Below, in pieces: positions 63,835 through 64,000 of a stretch of 64,000 nt of DNA; the stretch's first letter is position 1, and the number at the start of each line of letters is the position of its first letter. The notes under the pieces were generated by a model. That model searched no databases, was not told the DNA's origin, and saw only the letters and a program-made list of their open reading frames with translations. Source of the DNA: Acidobacteriota bacterium (GTDB lineage Bacteria; Acidobacteriota; Thermoanaerobaculia; Multivoradales; J023); contig JAJCXQ010000420.1 of NCBI GenBank assembly GCA_029263355.1, positions 1,540 to 65,539 of the forward strand. Reading direction: 5' to 3'. The translations under genes and the position numbers were made by a program.

Positions 63835-64000
63835 TTAGCTCGTCGCCGGCTTGTCGTCCAGATTGCCGATCATCTTCTTGATCACCGGACTGGAGACCAG
63901 AAAAACCGCTCCAGCGATGAGCACAATCATCGCGACGGTGCGGAAGAGATCCGGCATCGGCATATCTTCGATGTAACCGGTCACGAGTCCTGCGATGAGA
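63835..64000 (-). CDS. C-terminal fragment of a membrane protein (gene continues beyond the right edge)
   Basis: Reverse-strand reading ...LIAGLVTGYIEDMPMPDLFRTVAMIVLIAGAVFLVSSPVIKKMIGNLDDKPATS* ending at a TAA (63835-63837). It shows a terminal TM helix plus a polar tail. The family is not assignable from 55 aa. Confidence 0.45.
   Translation of the reverse strand, partial: LIAGLVTGYIEDMPMPDLFRTVAMIVLIAGAVFLVSSPVIKKMIGNLDDKPATS

Noticed and set aside
1-64000. CRISPR arrays, tRNA/rRNA genes, IS elements, integrases, phage genes
   Set aside because: Reading both strands by eye revealed no regularly spaced direct repeats, no cloverleaf-like or rRNA-like segments, and no transposase or integrase-like ORFs. 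A tRNAscan/Infernal run would be needed to exclude small RNAs formally.

Overview
GC-rich bacterial chromosomal window with no rRNA, tRNA, CRISPR or transposase genes detected. There are four blocks. (1) 1-10057, minus strand: the N-terminal part of a UspA-like gene, then a tightly coupled 7-gene respiratory operon. It combines the ActA (pentaheme) and ActB (Tat, Mo-pterin-like/4xFeS) subunits of alternative complex III with a CydA-like (cytochrome bd subunit I superfamily) membrane protein in place of the usual NrfD-type ActC/ActF. Four further c-type cytochromes follow, one fused to an EB_dh/DOMON-like domain. (2) 10439-13555: three CheY-like receiver proteins and a cytoplasmic REC-PAS-histidine kinase whose phospho-acceptor His reads Asn. 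(3) 13591-17544: divergent arginine decarboxylase and deoxyhypusine-synthase-like (homospermidine-type) polyamine genes plus a hypothetical membrane-anchored protein. (4) 18134-58612: one ~40-kb co-directional, translationally coupled operon. It encodes an 11-module NRPS in three giant genes: A-T-C x6 plus an A fragment; the rest of that A, then T-C-A-T-C-A-T-E; and DCL C-A-T-C-A-T-C(terminal). These are followed by a SET-domain methyltransferase, an FIH-like JmjC oxygenase and an ABC-2 exporter. Downstream on the same strand, in visibly lower-GC DNA, lie a Vat-type hexapeptide acetyltransferase and a B12/radical-SAM enzyme of the RiPP-maturase type. An HSDL2-like SDR, DinB and a truncated membrane protein close the window. 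The most unusual points are these: a chromatin-type SET + JmjC pair fused into an NRPS operon; adenylation domain 7 split across two genes by a 54-codon ORF with ATGA overlaps at both ends; release by a terminal C domain with no thioesterase; an unassignable His-His specificity pocket in two modules; and the ActAB-CydA-like hybrid respiratory operon. All function calls come from motif reading by eye. No database search was run.
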